NCBI GenBank assembly: GCA_963730185.1
Contig: CAVSQW010000015.1
Span: 256,001-320,000 of the forward strand
DNA from: an uncultured Gemmatimonadales bacterium
GTDB lineage: Bacteria; Gemmatimonadota; Gemmatimonadetes; Gemmatimonadales; GWC2-71-9
DNA length: 64,000 nt
Direction: 5' to 3'
Part shown: piece after piece, positions 39,618 to 48,201 of the stretch
Position numbering within the stretch: the stretch's first letter is position 1
How the letters are laid out: every line of letters begins with the position of its first letter
Notes under the pieces: model-generated
What the model was told of the DNA's origin: nothing
Database searches by the model: none
Seen by the model: the letters and a program-made list of their open reading frames with translations, nothing else
Translations under genes and position numbers: made by a program

Positions 39618-41288
39618 ATGATCGCACTCGCCCGCAAGTACCGTCCTCGCCGCTTCGCCGACTTGGTGGTCCAGGACCATGTCGCCGCCGCGCTCCGGGG
39701 GGCGGTCGCGCGGGATCGGGTGGGGCACGGCTACCTGCTGACCGGTCCTCGCGGTGTCGGCAAGACGACGGCTGCCCGGATTCTGGCCATGGCGCTCAAT
39801 TGCGAACGTCGCGACCAGGCGGCGGTCCCGGGTGAGCCCTGCGGCGAGTGCCCCACCTGCGAGCGGATCTGGAGCGGGTCCGCGAACTTCGACGTGGTCG
39901 AGATCGACGCGGCCAGCAACCGGAGCGTGGACGACGCCCGGGACCTCCGCGAGCGGGCCATGTACGCCGCCTCCGACTCCGACCGGTACAAGGTCTACAT
40001 CGTCGACGAAGCGCACATGCTGACCCGGGAGGCGTGGAACGCGCTGCTCAAGATCCTGGAGGAGCCGCCGCCCCGCGTGGTGTTCGTGTTCGCCACCACC
40101 GAGCCGCAGAAGATTGCCAATACCGCGGCGCCGGTCCTGTCCCGACTCCAACGGTTCGACTTCCGCCGGATCGGGGCCGAGGCCATCCGGGCCCGGCTTC
40201 GCGAGGTCCTGACCGCGGAAGCGGTCGAAGCCGACGACGATGCGCTCGCGCTGATCGCCCGGTACGCTGACGGCGGGATGCGCGACGCGCTGTCGGTGCT
40301 GGATCAGTGCTTGAGCCTGGCCGAGGGGCCGCTCGACGCCGCCGGCGTCCGGTCGGCCCTGGGCCTGATCGGCGACGAATCGTACGCCGCGGTGCTCCGC
40401 GCCGTGGGGGCGCGCGATCCGGGGAAGATCTTCCCGGTGGTGGACCAGCTGGTGGGCGCCGGCGCCGACCTCGTGGAGTTCATGAACGGGCTGGCGGAGC
40501 TGGTGCGGGCCGTGCTGATGATCAAGACCGGAGCCGAGCCCGAGGGACTGACGACCGCGGCGAGGGAGGCGATCCAGGAGGTGCAGGACGCCCTGGAGCC
40601 GGGTGACGTGCTCCGGATGCTCGGCCTCCTGACCCAGGCCGAGACGGCCATCCGCCGGAGCGCGAATCCCCGACTGACGGTCGAGACCTTGCTCCTCCGC
40701 TGGACGCTGATGGATCGGACGGTGGATCTGGAGGCCGTGCTGCGCGGGGCGGATCAGAGCGGTGGGGCCGCAGCGGAGGCGGCCCCGCGGCGCCCTTTCG
40801 CCGGCCCTAGGGTCGAGGGCGGTCCCGGCGCCGACCCGGCGGGCCGGGCGCGCCTGGAGGCGGCGGCGCCCCCAGTGCCCGCCAGGCCGCTGGAGGGCGA
40901 GGTGAACGCGGACCGGCTCCGCGACGCGTGGCCGGAGGTGATTGCCCGCGGGCGGGGGGTCAGTCCGCTTCTGGGCCCCGTCTTGGAGGCTCTGGAAGTC
41001 CAGGGGTTCGACGGCCGGGAAGCGACCCTGTCGGTCACGGCGGGGCACGATCACCTGGCGGAGGGGGCCCGGCGGCAGGAAGGGGCGATCGCGTCGGTGC
41101 TGGGGAGCCTGGTGGGACGCCCGATTCGGGTCAGGCTCGCCGGCCAGGAGTCGGGGCCGTCCCGGAGCGGTCGGCCCAAGCGTATTTCGGACAAGGAATT
41201 GCGAGATGAGCGCCTGAAGGAGCTCCGCGGCCTTGATCCTGCGTTGGATGCAGCTGCCGACGCGTTAGATTTGGAGATCGTGGAGTAG
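39618..41288 (+). CDS. dnaX: DNA polymerase III subunit gamma/tau
   Basis: LARKYRP, GPRGVGKTT, zinc Cys cluster, EIDAASN, IVDEAHML, FATTEP. Confidence 0.97.
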   Translation: MIALARKYRPRRFADLVVQDHVAAALRGAVARDRVGHGYLLTGPRGVGKTTAARILAMALNCERRDQAAVPGEPCGECPTCERIWSGSANFDVVEIDAASNRSVDDARDLRERAMYAASDSDRYKVYIVDEAHMLTREAWNALLKILEEPPPRVVFVFATTEPQKIANTAAPVLSRLQRFDFRRIGAEAIRARLREVLTAEAVEADDDALALIARYADGGMRDALSVLDQCLSLAEGPLDAAGVRSALGLIGDESYAAVLRAVGARDPGKIFPVVDQLVGAGADLVEFMNGLAELVRAVLMIKTGAEPEGLTTAAREAIQEVQDALEPGDVLRMLGLLTQAETAIRRSANPRLTVETLLLRWTLMDRTVDLEAVLRGADQSGGAAAEAAPRRPFAGPRVEGGPGADPAGRARLEAAAPPVPARPLEGEVNADRLRDAWPEVIARGRGVSPLLGPVLEALEVQGFDGREATLSVTAGHDHLAEGARRQEGAIASVLGSLVGRPIRVRLAGQESGPSRSGRPKRISDKELRDERLKELRGLDPALDAAADALDLEIVE

Positions 41289-41295
41289 AGGTCAT

Positions 41296-41613
41296 ATGGC
41301 GGATCTGGCGCAGATACTTCAATTGAGTCAACAGGTTCAGGGCCGGCTGCAGCAGCTGCAGGCCGAGCTGGCCGATCGAACCATCGAGGCCGGGGCCGGC
41401 GGCGGCCTGGTCCGGGTCACGGCCGACGGTCGGGGCGTGGTCCGCGAGCTCACGATCGATCCCGAAGCGTTCAACGGCCGAGACGCGGAGCTCCTGTCGG
41501 ACCTGGTGCTGTCCGCGGTCGCGGAGGTCCAGCGCCGGGCCGCCGACGCGGCGCAGTCGGAGATGCGGAAGGTCCAGGGCCTGCCGGGCATCCCGGGCAT
41601 CCCGGGACTCTGA
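41296..41613 (+). CDS. ybaB: YbaB/EbfC nucleoid-associated protein
   Basis: AGGGLVRVTADG...IDP...LLSDLVLSAV; between dnaX and recR. Confidence 0.93.
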   Translation: MADLAQILQLSQQVQGRLQQLQAELADRTIEAGAGGGLVRVTADGRGVVRELTIDPEAFNGRDAELLSDLVLSAVAEVQRRAADAAQSEMRKVQGLPGIPGIPGL

Positions 41614-41617
41614 TCGG

Positions 41618-42208
41618 GTGGGCGTCATCGACGACTTGGTCACCGAGCTTGCCCGGCTGCCCGGGATCGGGCGCAAGACGGCTCAGCGCCTCGCCTTCCA
41701 CCTGCTGCACCAACCCCGCGAGCAGATGACCCGTCTGGCCTCGGCCCTCGGCCAGGTGGCCGAGCGGGTCCACGAGTGTCCCGACTGCGGCAACTATACC
41801 GAGGGCGAGCGCTGCGACATCTGCCGCGATCCGCGGCGGGACGTTGGGCTCCTCTGCGTCGTGGAGGAGCCCGCGGCGCTCGCCGTGGTCGAGCGGTCCA
41901 CGAGCTATCGGGGCCGCTATCTGGTGCTCGGTGGCCGACTCTCGCCCATCGAGGGGGTGCTCCCGGAACAGCTTCGGATCGAGCTGCTGCGCCGGCGGTT
42001 GGCGGGGGGCGACGTACGCGAGGTGATCCTGGCGACGAACCCTTCGCTGGAGGGGGAGGCCACGGCTACATTGATCCAGCAGCTCCTGGCCGGCACGGGG
42101 GTCCGGGTCAGCCGACTGGCCCGCGGTTTGCCGGTCGGTGGTGATCTCGAATACATCGATGGCGTGACCTTGAGCCACGCGTTGGAGGCGCGGCAGGAGG
42201 TGTCGTGA
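41618..42208 (+). CDS. recR: Recombination mediator RecR
   Basis: LPGIGRKTAQRLAF HhH, C4 zinc finger, LCVVE, LATNPSLEGEATA, LARGLPVG. Confidence 0.97.
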   Translation: MGVIDDLVTELARLPGIGRKTAQRLAFHLLHQPREQMTRLASALGQVAERVHECPDCGNYTEGERCDICRDPRRDVGLLCVVEEPAALAVVERSTSYRGRYLVLGGRLSPIEGVLPEQLRIELLRRRLAGGDVREVILATNPSLEGEATATLIQQLLAGTGVRVSRLARGLPVGGDLEYIDGVTLSHALEARQEVS

Positions 42209-42477
42209 AGACCACCCGGGCAGTGTTGGTGACGCTCGCGATCGCGGCCGGCGCCGCGCTGGGCTGGCGGCTGGCCGGCCGGCACCTCGAACGGCACAAG
42301 GCGGCGCTGTTCAGCCAGAGTCTGATCCGGCGCCGGGCGGCGCTGGGGTATCTGGCGGGTCAGGAAAGCGCGGAGACGGTCCGGCTGCTCCGGGACTTCA
42401 TCGCCTGGGAGCCGACGGCGTCGCTCCGGCGTCGGGCCGAGCGGTTGGCCCGACGGATGGAGCTCCACCTTACGTGA
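42205..42477 (+). CDS. Small membrane-anchored helical protein (90 aa)
   Basis: GGAGG RBS and GTGA overlap with recR; N-terminal hydrophobic helix; HEAT-like RRAALGYL...VRLLRD. Confidence 0.75.
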   Translation: MKTTRAVLVTLAIAAGAALGWRLAGRHLERHKAALFSQSLIRRRAALGYLAGQESAETVRLLRDFIAWEPTASLRRRAERLARRMELHLT

Positions 42478-42496
42478 GCAGGGAGTCGGCCACCGA

Positions 42497-42991
42497 GTGA
42501 GCGGCGCATCGAGCTGGTCGTTCGGCGAAAGCGACGCGACCCGGATCGAGGGAATCCTCGTGCAGCTGATCCGGGAGGCGAACGCCCGGACCGCCCTGAT
42601 CGTGGATCGCACGGGGCACATGCTGGCGACCGCCGGCGACCCGCCGACCTTCGATCCGGTGGCCTTTGCGTCGCTCACGGCCGCCGACTTCAGCGCGAAC
42701 GACCAGCTGGCCCGGATGCTGGGCGAACCCGAGTTCGGGGCCTTGTTTCACCAGGGGGAGCGGGAATCCCTCTATCTTGCGGACGTGGCCCGCCGGGTAA
42801 TCCTGGTGGTGCTGTTCGACAACCGCACGACGCTGGGGTTGGTGAAGCTCCGGGTCCGGTCGGTGGTGGAGCGGCTGAACGCGGTGTTCCACGAGCTGTT
42901 CGACCGGCCCGAGGAACGGCAAGCGCCGCGGTTGGAGGCGGAGTTCGTGGGCGAGGCGGAGGACGAAATCGACAAACTCTTCGGGACGTGA
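42497..42991 (+). CDS. mglB: Roadblock/LC7 protein, MglA GTPase-activating partner
   Basis: ALIVDRTG, ASLTAADFSA..QLA.MLGE.EF..LFHQGE, VLFD.RTTLGLVKLR, C-terminal DEIDKLFG; directly upstream of mglA. Confidence 0.92.
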   Translation: MSGASSWSFGESDATRIEGILVQLIREANARTALIVDRTGHMLATAGDPPTFDPVAFASLTAADFSANDQLARMLGEPEFGALFHQGERESLYLADVARRVILVVLFDNRTTLGLVKLRVRSVVERLNAVFHELFDRPEERQAPRLEAEFVGEAEDEIDKLFGT

Positions 42992-43003
42992 GGCCCAGGG
43001 CGA

Positions 43004-43678
43004 ATGTCGCTCATCAACTACGCGTCACGAGAAATCAACTGCAAGCTGGTGTACTACGGTCCGGGTCTGGGCGGCAAGACCACGAACCTGGAGTACATCT
43101 ACGAGAAGGTCGCGCCCGCTTCGAAGGGCAAGATGATCTCGCTCGCAACCGAGACCGAGCGGACCCTCTTCTTCGACTTTCTCCCAGTGGACCTGGGCAC
43201 CATCCGGGGCTTCAAGACCCGGTTCCACCTCTATACGGTGCCCGGCCAGGTCTACTACAACGCCTCGCGCAAGCTGATCCTGAAGGGGGTCGACGGCGTG
43301 GTGTTCGTGGCCGACAGCCAGATCGAGCGGATGGAAGCCAACGTGGAGTCGATGCAGAACCTCTACGACAATCTGCTTCAGCACGGCTACGACCTCACCA
43401 AGATTCCCTTCATCATCCAGTACAACAAGCGCGACCTCCCCAACGCCGCGCCGATCGACGAGCTCCAGGAGAACCTCAACCCGGGCTGGCCGGTCGAGGA
43501 CGCCGCCAAACAGAAGACGGTGGTCAACCCCGACCGCCCGGACGAGTTCCTGGTCGAGCAGCTCGACGGCACCTGGATCGAGCGGGCACCCTACTTCGAG
43601 GCGATGGCGGTGCGGGGGGAAGGCGTGTTCGACACGCTGCGGTCGGTCAGCAAGCTCGTGCTCAAGACGCTGGGGTAG
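43004..43678 (+). CDS. mglA: MglA small Ras-like GTPase
   Basis: [55 protein letters not shown]. Confidence 0.96.
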   Translation: MSLINYASREINCKLVYYGPGLGGKTTNLEYIYEKVAPASKGKMISLATETERTLFFDFLPVDLGTIRGFKTRFHLYTVPGQVYYNASRKLILKGVDGVVFVADSQIERMEANVESMQNLYDNLLQHGYDLTKIPFIIQYNKRDLPNAAPIDELQENLNPGWPVEDAAKQKTVVNPDRPDEFLVEQLDGTWIERAPYFEAMAVRGEGVFDTLRSVSKLVLKTLG

Positions 43679-43679
43679 C

Positions 43680-44318
43680 ATGAAGCGGTCGGTCTGGACC
43701 CTGCCCAACATGCTGACGATCGGCCGGATCGCCATCACCCCGATCGTCGCCTTTCTGCCGTTCATCGAGGGCTACTGGTTCAAGCTCGCCACCTTTGGGG
43801 TGTTCGTCGCGGCCGCGGTCACCGACGTAATCGACGGCCGGATGGCCCGCCGCCGGGGTCTGGTGACCGACCTCGGCAAGGTCCTCGATCCGATCGCCGA
43901 CAAGCTGCTGCTCTTCGCCACCCTGGTCCCGATCTACTACATCTCGCAGCAACGCCAGCAGCTCTACGCCATCCCGGTCTGGCGGAGCATTCCGCTGTGG
44001 GTGTGCCTCCTGCTGATCGGGCGGGAGCTGGCCATGACCCTGTTCCGCTGGTGGGCCGAGAAGCGGGGGGTGGTGATCGCTGCCCAGGGACCGGGCAAGC
44101 TCAAGACCGTGGTCCAGAACATCTTCATCGGCGGCACCATCCTCTGGTTCGCCTTCCGCGACGCCTGGGTACCGCTCAAGCTGAGCCAGAGTTCCTTTTG
44201 GCAGTACTGGAAGGAATTCCACGGGATCTTCGTGGCAGTGACGCTGGCGCTGGCCACCATCCTCACGGTCTACTCCTTCATCATCTATCTCTACCGCTAC
44301 CGGAATCTTCTTAAGTAG
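43680..44318 (+). CDS. pgsA: CDP-alcohol phosphatidyltransferase (PgsA-like)
   Basis: LPNMLT..RI, TDVIDG.MARR...VTDLGK.LDPIADK; upstream of cinA. Confidence 0.88.
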   Translation: MKRSVWTLPNMLTIGRIAITPIVAFLPFIEGYWFKLATFGVFVAAAVTDVIDGRMARRRGLVTDLGKVLDPIADKLLLFATLVPIYYISQQRQQLYAIPVWRSIPLWVCLLLIGRELAMTLFRWWAEKRGVVIAAQGPGKLKTVVQNIFIGGTILWFAFRDAWVPLKLSQSSFWQYWKEFHGIFVAVTLALATILTVYSFIIYLYRYRNLLK

Positions 44319-44470
44319 GGAGTTGGGAGTAGGGAGCAGGGACTAGGGAGGGAGTCGTGAGTGGGCAGTTGTGCCGCCCCCCGGCCCAGGCTCACTGCTA
44401 CTCGGGCCTAGCCCCTACTCAGCCCCTACTCGCCCCTACTCACCCCTACTCACCCCTACTCACCCCCTAG
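44316..44470. repeat. Heptamer array E with opposing decamer arm
   Basis: TAGGGAG TTGGGAG TAGGGAG CAGGGAC TAGGGAGGGAG TCGTGAG from the pgsA stop; then about five CCCCTACTCA-type units at 44412-44468. Confidence 0.88.
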
Positions 44471-44561
44471 CCACTCCGACTTACCCCGTTCGCCCGGACC
44501 GAGCCTCCTGGCGCGGGGGCCGCTATCTTGGACTCCGCTCTCGCTCGGACGTCCGGCACCC

Positions 44562-45806
44562 ATGGAAATCGAACTTGTCACCATCGGCACCGAGCTCGTG
44601 CTGGGATTCACCGTCGACACCAACGGCGCCTTCGCGGGCCAGCGCTTGGCCGAGGTGGGGGTCCGGCTGGTCCGCCGGACGTCGGTCCGGGACGACCCGG
44701 CCGAGATCCGGGCGGCCGTGGCGGAGGGGCTGAGCCGCGGCCGGCTGGTGGTCACCACCGGTGGGCTCGGCCCCACCCGGGACGACATGACCAAAAAGGT
44801 CGTGGCCGATCTCTTCGACGCTCCGCTGGAGCTCCAGGAGCCGATCTGGGACGACCTGGTGGCCCGCTTCGCCAAGCTCGGTCGCCGCATCTCGCCCACC
44901 AACCGGACCCAGGCCGAGGTGCCCCGAGGGGCCCAGGTGCTGAGGAACCGCCGGGGGACGGCCCCGGGGCTCTGGCTCGTCGGGGCGCCGGGTGAAGTGA
45001 TTCTCCTGCCCGGCGTACCCTACGAGATGCGGGGCCTGCTGGTGGAAGAAGTGATTCCCCGCCTGGTCGGGCGGGGGAACGCCGGTGCCCCGATCGTGTC
45101 GACGATGGTTCGGACCACCGGCCTCCCCGAGTCGACCGTGGGCGAGCGGGTGGGGCCCCTCGAGGCCGAGCTGGCGCCGCTCTCGGTGGCCTATCTCCCA
45201 GGCTACGACGGCGTCGACCTTCGGCTCACCGCGTGGGGGCTCCCGCCCGCGGAGGCCCGCGCCCGGCTCGCCGCGGCGACCGATCGGCTCCGGGCCGTGT
45301 TCCCCGGGCACGTGTACGGGACCGGCGACGACGATCTCGCGGCGGTGCTCCTGGCCGAGTGCCGGCGCCGGGGCCTGACGCTGGCGGTGGCGGAATCCTG
45401 CACCGGTGGCCTGATCGGAAGTCGGGTGGCCGCCGTGTCGGGGGCGTCGGACGTTTTTCTCGGCGGGGTGATCGCCTACGCCAACGAGGTGAAATCCGGG
45501 CTGCTGGACGTCCCACCGACGGTGCTGGCGGAGCATGGCGCGGTGAGCGAGCCGGTGGTCCGGGCCATGGTGGACGGAGTCTTGAGGCGGACCGGAGCCT
45601 CCGTGGCGGTGGCGATTACCGGGATCGCCGGACCGGACGGCGGGACGGCGGAGAAGCCGGTGGGGACGGTGTGGTTCGGCTTCGGGGCAAACGGCGCGAT
45701 CGATGCCGTGCGGGTCGGTCTCCCGGGCTCACGGCACGACGTGCAGGCCAGGGCCGCCCAGGCGGCGCTGCACGGCCTCTGGCGCCGGGTGACTGGCGTC
45801 GGGTGA
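44562..45806 (+). CDS. cinA: CinA (MoCF-like domain + NMN deamidase PncC)
   Basis: IGTELVLG..VDTN, TGGLGPTRDDMT, GTAPG, LPGVP.EM, AESCTGG, GAVSE, TGIAGPDGG..EKPVG. Confidence 0.95.
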   Translation: MEIELVTIGTELVLGFTVDTNGAFAGQRLAEVGVRLVRRTSVRDDPAEIRAAVAEGLSRGRLVVTTGGLGPTRDDMTKKVVADLFDAPLELQEPIWDDLVARFAKLGRRISPTNRTQAEVPRGAQVLRNRRGTAPGLWLVGAPGEVILLPGVPYEMRGLLVEEVIPRLVGRGNAGAPIVSTMVRTTGLPESTVGERVGPLEAELAPLSVAYLPGYDGVDLRLTAWGLPPAEARARLAAATDRLRAVFPGHVYGTGDDDLAAVLLAECRRRGLTLAVAESCTGGLIGSRVAAVSGASDVFLGGVIAYANEVKSGLLDVPPTVLAEHGAVSEPVVRAMVDGVLRRTGASVAVAITGIAGPDGGTAEKPVGTVWFGFGANGAIDAVRVGLPGSRHDVQARAAQAALHGLWRRVTGVG

Positions 45807-45812
45807 CTGCGC

Positions 45813-46169
45813 TCAGCTGGCCGGCTTCGGTCGGGGCGCCAGCAGATCGTCGACCACCCGGCGCATGGCGTCCCGGTAGCGAGACACCGCCTCCCGACCC
45901 TCCGGGCTCAGTTGGACCAAGGTGCGGGGGATCCGCTCGACGAACTCCTTGGTGATCCGAACGTACCCCGCCGCCTCGAGCTTGGTCAGGTGGGTCGAGA
46001 GGTTGCCGCGGGTCAGCCCGGTGACCCGAAGCAGGTAGTTGAAGTCCGTCCCGTCCATCACCGCCAGGTGCGCCAGGATCATGAGCCGGGCCGGCGCGTG
46101 GATCGTCCGGTCGAGCTCGGCGATGACCTCGACGTCGGGCGCCGGCCGGACCCGCTCACGACGCGGCAC
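45813..46169 (-). CDS. Winged-helix transcriptional regulator (ArsR/MarR-like)
   Basis: LDRTIHAPARL.IL, DF.YL, LTRGNLSTHL.KLE.AGYV...K.F....PRT. Confidence 0.9.
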   Translation of the reverse strand: MPRRERVRPAPDVEVIAELDRTIHAPARLMILAHLAVMDGTDFNYLLRVTGLTRGNLSTHLTKLEAAGYVRITKEFVERIPRTLVQLSPEGREAVSRYRDAMRRVVDDLLAPRPKPAS

Positions 46170-46317
46170 GGGCGTCCGGGAGCTTGGGGACCCGACTCAG
46201 GAACCGAACCGGCCGAGCGGCGCCCAGCAAGAGCGCCATCGCGGCGATGGCCGAGACGCCCGGCTCGGGCGGCACGCCGAGGGTCGGGGCGGCAGGCATC
46301 GCGATCTCCACGCAGAC

Positions 46318-46336
46318 TAGTTTGAAATACAAACTA
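46318..46336. promoter_or_regulatory. AT-rich palindromic operator candidate
   Basis: TAGTTTG-AAATA-CAAACTA perfect 7-bp inverted repeat upstream of the wHTH unit. Confidence 0.6.
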
Positions 46337-46516
46337 CCGTCGATCGCCCCTCGGCGCCAGCTTTACCACCGTCCCCGTTCATGTCAGATTGACAGCGAAA
46401 CCGGGAACGACCATTGCCGTAGTCGGGGCAAACGATTGATCGCCTGGCCACGGAGTTGCGCCTCGACCGCTGGGGCGTCCGGGCCTTCTTGTGTCGAAAT
46501 GACTGGATGGAAGCGC

Positions 46517-47101
46517 GTGACTGACGAACGACCCTTCGAGGAAGATGCGAGCCTGGACGAGGCCTTGCCGGGGTTCGAGATCCCGGCCGATCAGACGGAG
46601 GCGGTGCCCTCCGGCGGGGTCCCGGTCGAGCCGGCCGAGAATGCGGTCCGGCGTCTGGAGGAGCAGTTGGCCGAGGCCAACGACCGCTATCTCCGGTTAG
46701 CGGCGGACTTCGACAACTTCCGGAAGCGGGTGGCCCGCGAGCGGATCGATCTGGCCGACAAGGCCCAGGCCGCCTTCGTGATGCGGCTGGTCGACGTGCT
46801 GGACGACCTCGACCGGGTGGTCGGGGCGGAGTCCGGCGCCTCGGACGATCCGATCCGTCAGGCGATCGAGCTGGTGGACCGCAAGCTCCGCAAGGAGCTG
46901 GAGCTGGCGGGGCTCAAGCGGATCGATCCGGTGGGCCAGAGGTTCGATCCTACCAGCTCGGAGGCGGTGTCGGTGCTGCCGCCGCCGACCCCGGCGCAGG
47001 ACCACACGGTCAGCGCCACCTTCCAGGTCGGGTACGACTTCAAGGGCAACCTGGTCCGGCCGGCGCGGGTCCAGGTGTACTCCGCCGAGGGACACGCCTG
47101 A
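46517..47101 (+). CDS. grpE: Nucleotide exchange factor GrpE (start 46499 or 46517)
   Basis: [24 protein letters not shown]...EAV, GY.....LVRPARVQV. Confidence 0.94.
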   Translation: MTDERPFEEDASLDEALPGFEIPADQTEAVPSGGVPVEPAENAVRRLEEQLAEANDRYLRLAADFDNFRKRVARERIDLADKAQAAFVMRLVDVLDDLDRVVGAESGASDDPIRQAIELVDRKLRKELELAGLKRIDPVGQRFDPTSSEAVSVLPPPTPAQDHTVSATFQVGYDFKGNLVRPARVQVYSAEGHA

Positions 47102-47103
47102 CC

Positions 47104-48201
47104 GTGGCCAATCAGGATTTCTATCAGGTCCTCGGGGTGCCCGACTCGGCCTCCCCCTCCGAGATCAAGAAGGCCTACCGTCGGCTGGCCAAGCAGTATC
47201 ATCCGGACGCCAACCCCAACAACCCGGCGGCCGGCGAGAAGTTCAAGCAGATCTCCGAGGCGCACGGGGTGCTGTCGGATCCCGAGAAGAAGAAGAAGTA
47301 CGACCACATGCGCCGTCTGGGTGCCTTCGACTTCAGCGGCCGGACGGCGTCGCGGGGGCCTGGGGGCCAGGGCCAACCGCAGGGCGGGTTTTCGGAGGCC
47401 TTCGATTTCGGCGACTTCGGGTCGATGGGGCTGGGCGACATTTTCTCGTCGATCTTCGGCAAGGGGAAGCACCAGGAGCCCCGCGGGCAGACGCTGGAGA
47501 CGGTGGTCGCCATCCCCTTCCGGACCGCGGCGTTGGGCGGGAAGGTACCGATCACCATTCCGCTCAACGCCCCGTGCACTACCTGCGGGGGGAGCGGGGC
47601 GGCGCCGGGTGCGAGCGTCTCGACCTGTCCCGAGTGTCACGGGCGAGGGACGATCTCGTTCGGTCAGGGCGGCTTCGCGGTCAACCGGCCGTGTCCGCTC
47701 TGCCGTGGCCGCGGTAAGGTGCCGTCGGAGAAGTGCCCGACCTGCGGCGGTGCAGGGGAGATTCGGACCGAGCGGACGGTGATGATCACGGTCCCGGGCG
47801 GGACGGACAGCGGGACCAAGGTCCGGCTCAAGGGGCAGGGCGAGCCGGGCCAGCCGGGCGGCAAGCCCGGGGATCTGCTGGTGACCTTCGAGGTGCAGCC
47901 GGACCGGTTCTTCCGGCGTGAGGGTCTCGACGTGCTCTGCGAGATCCCGATCAACCTGGCCCAGGCGGTGCTCGGTACCAAGGTCCGGGTCCGGACCATC
48001 GACGGCCGCAAGGTGGTGTTGCGGATTCCGCCCGCGACGCAGCCCGGGAAGAAGTTCCGGATGAAGGGGATGGGGATCGCGAAGGGCGACCAGCGCGGCG
48101 ATCAGCTGGTCGAGATCCGGGTCGACATGCCGGACAAGCTGACGCCGGACGAGGAGGAGCTGTTCCGGAAGTTCGCCGAAGCCTCGGGGATGGTCAGCTG
48201 A
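47104..48201 (+). CDS. dnaJ: Chaperone DnaJ (class A)
   Basis: J domain with HPD, G/F region, four CxxCxGxG repeats. Confidence 0.96.
   Translation: MANQDFYQVLGVPDSASPSEIKKAYRRLAKQYHPDANPNNPAAGEKFKQISEAHGVLSDPEKKKKYDHMRRLGAFDFSGRTASRGPGGQGQPQGGFSEAFDFGDFGSMGLGDIFSSIFGKGKHQEPRGQTLETVVAIPFRTAALGGKVPITIPLNAPCTTCGGSGAAPGASVSTCPECHGRGTISFGQGGFAVNRPCPLCRGRGKVPSEKCPTCGGAGEIRTERTVMITVPGGTDSGTKVRLKGQGEPGQPGGKPGDLLVTFEVQPDRFFRREGLDVLCEIPINLAQAVLGTKVRVRTIDGRKVVLRIPPATQPGKKFRMKGMGIAKGDQRGDQLVEIRVDMPDKLTPDEEELFRKFAEASGMVS

Noticed and set aside
39618..41288. Programmed frameshift or slippage producing the DnaX gamma subunit
   Set aside because: No A-AAA-AAG or long A run is visible in the gene.
44412..44468. 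CCCCTACTCA repeats and the other arrays as possible CRISPR
   Set aside because: Units are 7-10 nt, tandem, without unique spacers, and there are no cas genes.
31753..48201. GC-skew inversion at the putative origin judged by eye
   Set aside because: Spot counts were dominated by codon-position bias, so skew is not claimed as evidence without computation.
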